Shown piece after piece: positions 59,192 to 64,000 of a DNA stretch of 64,000 nt. Location: contig OZ245006.1 in the NCBI GenBank assembly GCA_965223545.1, positions 1,472,001-1,536,000 of the forward strand, given 5' to 3'. The notes beneath the pieces are model-generated. The model did no database searches, had not been told where the DNA came from, and saw only the letters and a list, made by a program, of their open reading frames with translations. Each line of letters starts with the position of its first letter. The first letter of the stretch is position 1. The stretch is from Planctomycetota bacterium (GTDB lineage: Bacteria; Planctomycetota; UBA1135; UBA2386). Both the position numbers and the translations under genes were made by a program.

Positions 59192-62101
59192 ATGGATGCG
59201 TGGCGTGCCGAAATCCGCGCGGCAGAGGGTCAGCCAGACCCGGCGGGCCGCGCCGCCGCGGCGGCTCTGGCGGAGGCGGGGCTCGAGCTGCGCAGGCCGG
59301 TGCGCTCGGTGCGCGGCTTCCTGCTGGACGCCGCCCTGACCCGCGGGCAGGTCGAAGAGCTGGTGCGCGAGGTGCTGCAAGACCCCGTCACCGAGGTCGC
59401 CACTCTGCACCCCCCCGCGGCCGACTCGACGGTCGCGCGGCGCATCAGCGTGGTGCCCCGCCCGGGCGTGACCGATCCGGTCGCCGGCTCGGTGGCGCGC
59501 GCGCTGCAGACCCAGGGACTGCCGCTCGGCCCGACCGGCACCTACCGCGGCTACGAGCTCGGCGAAGACATCGACGAGGACGCCCTGCGGCGGGCCGCGG
59601 GAGCCAGCCTGGCCAATGACGTCGTGCAAGAGGTCTTGATCGACGCCATGCCGGCCGGCCTGCCGGGCCCCGGCGCCGACCCCGACACCGCCGTGCACAC
59701 CGTCACTCTCGAAGGCCTCGACGACGGCGCCCTCGCCGCGCTGAGCGCAGAGGCCGGCCTGGCGCTGACCGGCATCGAGATGCGCACCATCGCCGAGCAC
59801 TTCGCGCAAGCCGGCCGCGCCCCCACCCAGCTCGAGCTCGAGACCTTGGCGCAGACCTGGTCGGAGCACTGCAAGCACAAGACGCTGACCGGCGTCATCC
59901 GCTACACCGACGCCAACGGTGAGGAGCGGGAGATCGACAACCTGCTGCGGCAGACGATCGCCCGCGTGACGCGCGAGCTCGACCGGCCGTTCTGCGTCAG
60001 CGTGTTCGTCGACAACGCGGGCATCATCACCTTCGACGACGACACCTGCGTCTGCATCAAGGTCGAGACCCACAACCACCCCTCGGCGATCGAGCCGTTC
60101 GGCGGCGCCGGCACCGGCGTCGGCGGCGTCATCCGCGACGTGCTCGGCACCGGCCTCGGCGCCCGGCCGATCGCCAGCACGGACGTGTTCTGCCTCGCAC
60201 CGCTCGACACTCCGTCGGAGGCGGTGCCTGCCGGTTGCCTGCACCCGCGGCGCGTGCTGCGCGGCCTGGTGGCAGGGGTGCGCGACTACGGCAACCCGAT
60301 GGGGATTCCGACGGTCAACGGCGCGATCCACTTCGATCCGGACTTCGTCGGCAACCCCCTGGTCTACGTCGGCAACGTCGGCATCCTGCCGCGCAGCGCC
60401 GCCTTCAAGCAGCCGCACGCCGGCGACGTGATCCTCGCCATCGGCGGCCGCACCGGCCGGGACGGCATCCACGGTGCCACTTTCAGCTCACTCGAGCTGC
60501 ACACCGAGTCGGAGACGGTGAGCAGCGGCGCGGTGCAGATCGGCGATCCGATCACCGAACGCAAGGTCATGGACGCGGTGCTCGCGCTGCGCGACCGCGG
60601 CCTGTTCTCGGCGATCACCGACTGTGGCGCCGGCGGCTTCTCGTCGGCGGTCGGCGAGATGGCGGAGGGGCTGGGCGCCGACGTCGAGCTGCGCCACGTG
60701 CCGCTGAAGTACCGCGGGCTGGCACCGTGGGAGATCTGGATCAGCGAGGCACAGGAGCGCATGGTGCTCGCGGTGCCGCCGGAGCACCTCGACGAGGCCA
60801 TCGCGGTGTGTGCCGCCGAGGAGGTCGAGGCCACGCCGATCGGCACGTTCAACGACAGCGGCCGATTGGTGGTGCGCTACGACGGCGCGCAGCACGCGGA
60901 CCTCGATCTACAGTTCTTGCACGGCGGTGTGCCGCGCACCGTCCGCGTGGCGCGCTACGAGCCGTCGGCGGTTGCCGATCCCGAGCTCGACCCCGAGCAA
61001 GACCTCGGCGCGACGCTGTTGGCAGTGCTGGCCGACCCCAACGTCGCCAGCAAGGAGTGGGTGATCCGGCAGTACGACCACGAGGTCCAAGCCCAAACCG
61101 CGGGCAAGCCGCTGGTCGGCGTCCGCGAGGACGGGCCCGCCGATGCCGCCGTGCTCGCACCGGTGCTGGGTTCGCACCGCGGCGTGGTGCTCGGCTGCGG
61201 CCTCAACCCGCGCTACAGCCGCATCGACCCCGCGGCGATGGCGGAGTGCGCGCTCGACGAGGCGATGCGCAACGTGGTCGCCGCCGGCGGCGACCCCGAA
61301 CACACCGCGGTGCTCGACAACTACTGCTGGGGCAACACCGAGCTGCCCGACCGTCTCGGCGGTCTGGTGCGCGCCTCGCTGGCGCTCTGCGATCTGGCCC
61401 TCGCCTACCGCACGCCGTTCGTCTCCGGCAAGGACTCGCTCAACAACGAGTTCCGCGATGGCGAGCGCAGCATCGCGATCCCCGGCTGCATCCTGGTGAC
61501 CGCGCTGTCGGTGGTGCCCGACGTCCGCCGCACGGTGAGCTCCGACCTCAAGCGCGCCGGCAACAACCTGTGGCTGGTCGGCGTCACGCGGCGCGAGCTG
61601 GGCGGCTCCGTGCTGTGGAAGCTGCGCGGCGCGCTCGGCGCCAGCGTGCCCCGGGTCGACGCAGCCCTGGGCAAGGCGGTGCTGGACGGGGTCTACCGCG
61701 CGATCCAAGCCCGCGCTGTGGTCAGCGCGCACGACTGCAGCGAGGGCGGCCTCGGCGCCGCCCTGGCCGAGATGTCCATCGGCGGCCGGCTCGGCCTCGA
61801 CGTCGAGCTCGACGCCGTGCCGGTCGACGCCTCCCTCGGACAGCGGCGGCGGGCGGACGAGATCCTGTTCAGCGAGAGCCAGAGCAGGCTGCTGCTGGAG
61901 GTGCCGCCCGAGCGCACCGCGGATCTGATCGCCAACCTCGACGAGGCACCGCACGCGCTGATCGGCCGCGTCGTGACCCAGCCGCGGCTGCGGGTCAGCC
62001 ACGCCGAGCAGCCGGTCTTGGAGTGCGGCATCGACGCTCTCGCCGACGCCTTCCGCCGGCCGCTGGCGCTGGATGGACTGCCCGAGGAGACCCAGCCATG
62101 A
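59192..62101 (+). CDS. purL: FGAM synthase PurL with N-terminal PurS-like region
   Basis: PRPGVTDP, WSEHCKH, KVETHNHPS, GRDGIHGA, DCGAGG, QYDHEV, HDCSEGG. Confidence 0.97.
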   Translation: MDAWRAEIRAAEGQPDPAGRAAAAALAEAGLELRRPVRSVRGFLLDAALTRGQVEELVREVLQDPVTEVATLHPPAADSTVARRISVVPRPGVTDPVAGSVARALQTQGLPLGPTGTYRGYELGEDIDEDALRRAAGASLANDVVQEVLIDAMPAGLPGPGADPDTAVHTVTLEGLDDGALAALSAEAGLALTGIEMRTIAEHFAQAGRAPTQLELETLAQTWSEHCKHKTLTGVIRYTDANGEEREIDNLLRQTIARVTRELDRPFCVSVFVDNAGIITFDDDTCVCIKVETHNHPSAIEPFGGAGTGVGGVIRDVLGTGLGARPIASTDVFCLAPLDTPSEAVPAGCLHPRRVLRGLVAGVRDYGNPMGIPTVNGAIHFDPDFVGNPLVYVGNVGILPRSAAFKQPHAGDVILAIGGRTGRDGIHGATFSSLELHTESETVSSGAVQIGDPITERKVMDAVLALRDRGLFSAITDCGAGGFSSAVGEMAEGLGADVELRHVPLKYRGLAPWEIWISEAQERMVLAVPPEHLDEAIAVCAAEEVEATPIGTFNDSGRLVVRYDGAQHADLDLQFLHGGVPRTVRVARYEPSAVADPELDPEQDLGATLLAVLADPNVASKEWVIRQYDHEVQAQTAGKPLVGVREDGPADAAVLAPVLGSHRGVVLGCGLNPRYSRIDPAAMAECALDEAMRNVVAAGGDPEHTAVLDNYCWGNTELPDRLGGLVRASLALCDLALAYRTPFVSGKDSLNNEFRDGERSIAIPGCILVTALSVVPDVRRTVSSDLKRAGNNLWLVGVTRRELGGSVLWKLRGALGASVPRVDAALGKAVLDGVYRAIQARAVVSAHDCSEGGLGAALAEMSIGGRLGLDVELDAVPVDASLGQRRRADEILFSESQSRLLLEVPPERTADLIANLDEAPHALIGRVVTQPRLRVSHAEQPVLECGIDALADAFRRPLALDGLPEETQP

Positions 62102-62892
62102 GCGCCCCCGCCGTCCTCGTCCTGCGCGCCCCCGGCATCAACTGCGAGCGCGAGACCCACCACGCATTCGAGCGGGCAGGCGCGCGCTGCGAGTACGTCC
62201 ACGTCCAACGGCTGCTGGCCGAGCCGGACATGCTCGAGCGCTACGACATCCTGGCGGTGCCCGGCGGCTTCGCCTACGGCGACGACATCGCCTCCGGCGT
62301 CGTGCTCGCGCACGCGCTGAGACGGCACTGCGGCGACGCACTGCTGGCATTCATCGAACGCGGCGGCACCGCGCTCGGCATCTGCAACGGGTTTCAGGTG
62401 CTGGTCCGCTCCGGCCTGCTGCCGCGCCTCGGCGGCGGCCCGCTGCGCACGCAGGTCAGCCTGGCGCACAACTTGAGCAACCACTACGAGTGCCGGTGGG
62501 TCACGCTCGGCACGCTGCCCAACCGCTGCGTGTTCGTGCCGGAAGGGCTGACGCTGCGCTGCCCCGCGGCGCACGGCGAGGGCAACTTGACGGCCGCCGC
62601 CGAGGTCGGCGCCCAGCTCGACGACGGCTACCGAGTGTTCGCCTACCACGATGCCAGCGGCACACCGACGACGCGGTATCCCGACAACCCCAACGGCTCG
62701 GCGCACGGCACCGCCGGGCTGACCGACGTGACCGGCCGCGTCCTCGGCCTGATGCCACACCCCGACCGCGCCTACCTGGCACACCACATGCCCCACTGGC
62801 GCCGCGGTGCCTGGCCCGACGACGGCAACGGCGACGGCATGGAGCTCTTCGCCCAGATGGTGCGCGTCGCCGCCGGTGACCGCCACTCATGA
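62098..62892 (+). CDS. purQ: FGAM synthase glutaminase subunit
   Basis: PGINCERE, PGGF.YGD, GICNGFQ, AHGEG, NPNGS, MPHP; ATGA overlap with purL. Confidence 0.95.
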   Translation: MSAPAVLVLRAPGINCERETHHAFERAGARCEYVHVQRLLAEPDMLERYDILAVPGGFAYGDDIASGVVLAHALRRHCGDALLAFIERGGTALGICNGFQVLVRSGLLPRLGGGPLRTQVSLAHNLSNHYECRWVTLGTLPNRCVFVPEGLTLRCPAAHGEGNLTAAAEVGAQLDDGYRVFAYHDASGTPTTRYPDNPNGSAHGTAGLTDVTGRVLGLMPHPDRAYLAHHMPHWRRGAWPDDGNGDGMELFAQMVRVAAGDRHS

Positions 62893-62915
62893 GGCCCGGC
62901 CCCCAAGAGCGCGAA

Positions 62916-63023
62916 ACGAACGTCGACGAAACGTACGGTGTCAGGCTCGATTTTCTCGCTTGGCGGCGGCCGCCGCCAAGCGAGAAAATCGAGCCTGACA
63001 CCGTACGTTTCGTCGACGTTCGT
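62916..63023. repeat. Perfect 108-bp palindrome (REP doublet-like)
   Basis: The 54-bp arm ACGAACGTCGACGAAACGTACGGTGTCAGGCTCGATTTTCTCGCTTGGCGGCGG is followed immediately by its exact reverse complement. Confidence 0.92.
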
Positions 63024-63037
63024 CTGCGGGGGGGGCG

Positions 63038-64000
63038 ATGAGCCAGGACGGGCCGGTCAAGATCAGCAAGCGGCTGATTCTGATCAACTCGGGTAGCTCG
63101 GTCGTACAGCGGATCATCAGCCTGACCGTCCTGCTTTGGCTGCAGCAGTGGCTGTGGGGCAAGGTCCACGAGGACGAGTACGCGGTCTACACCCTGCTGG
63201 TGCCGCTCATGGTGTTCGTGCCACTGCTCACGGGCATCCTGGGCGGAGCGCTGGCGCGCTTCGTCACCGTGGAGTACGCGCGCGGCAATCTGCGCGGCGT
63301 TACGCAAGTGACGTCCACCATGCTGCCGCTCTGCGTGGCCGGCGGCGTCTTGCTGCTGGTCGTCGGCCTGCCCGCCGCTTGGTTCATCGATGACTTGATC
63401 AACGTCGTCGAAGACCCGACCAACCCGGCTGCCGACCGCCTGCGGCGCGAGGCCCGCATCATGCTCGCGCTGATGGTCGTGATGGCGGCGGTGCGCACCG
63501 CGCTGATGCCGTACCGCCTCGGCCTCAACGTGACCCAGAAGTTCGTGCTGATGAACCTCATCGCGGTCGGCTCCGAGCTGGTGCGGATCGGCGTGCTGAT
63601 GGTACTCCTGTTCGGGGTCGACACGCGGGTGCTCTGGGTCATCGTGGCGGGCGTGCCGGCGACGGCACTGGACCTGATCCTCAGCAACGTCTGGTCTCGG
63701 CGGCTCGTACCGGCGCTTCGGTTCGAACGCGCCGCGTTTCGCCGCGACCTGTTCCGGCCGATCCTGACCTACGGCTGGTGGACCTTGTTGATCCGGCTCG
63801 CGGTGCTGCTGCGGGAGTCCTACAGCCAGATTCTGCTCAAGTTGGTTGCCGGCTCGACCGCGGTCGGCACGTTCGGCCTGGCATCGAGGTTCGACAACCA
63901 GATTCGCCGCAACGCGCTGATCATGACGCCGTCGATGCAGCCGGCGCTCACGGCGATGCACGCCACCGGCCAGCACGACCGCCTGCGCCGCGCGTTCTTT
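63038..64000 (+). CDS. Polysaccharide/oligosaccharide flippase (Wzx/MOP-like), 3' partial
   Basis: Manual translation MSQDGPVKISKRLILINSGSSVVQRIISLTVLLWLQQWL..EYAVY..ALARFVTVEYARG; multiple TM helices; open to the window end and therefore absent from the ORF track. Confidence 0.8.
   Translation, partial: MSQDGPVKISKRLILINSGSSVVQRIISLTVLLWLQQWLWGKVHEDEYAVYTLLVPLMVFVPLLTGILGGALARFVTVEYARGNLRGVTQVTSTMLPLCVAGGVLLLVVGLPAAWFIDDLINVVEDPTNPAADRLRREARIMLALMVVMAAVRTALMPYRLGLNVTQKFVLMNLIAVGSELVRIGVLMVLLFGVDTRVLWVIVAGVPATALDLILSNVWSRRLVPALRFERAAFRRDLFRPILTYGWWTLLIRLAVLLRESYSQILLKLVAGSTAVGTFGLASRFDNQIRRNALIMTPSMQPALTAMHATGQHDRLRRAFF

Overview
High-GC bacterial chromosomal window, most likely from a Planctomycetota genome. 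This is an inference from the Ser/Thr-kinase-linked ECF sigma factor, the TPR protein with two RNAP alpha-CTDs, multiple sulfatases, WPxFRG PQQ-propeller proteins and PurS-fused PurL. Housekeeping genes (bfd-bfr, ffh, murA, ruvA, mnmG, tig-clpP-clpX-rlmN, accA, purL-purQ, a flippase) are interspersed with accessory loci. Main points of interest: (1) a translationally coupled ThDP-enzyme plus FabH-like gene pair with a Cys-Asn-Asn active site that resembles the CybE/CybF furanolide-forming core, without the usual CoA ligase nearby; (2) a VTC polyphosphate polymerase-DUF4956-HlyD adaptor operon; (3) a GTACGG-initiated REP-like repeat family located just after stop codons, including a perfect 108-bp palindrome; (4) six secreted proteins or fragments sharing a C-terminal domain; (5) several fusions and truncated duplicates. 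I found no tRNA, rRNA, CRISPR array or transposase by eye. All calls are from motif recognition, with no database searches.
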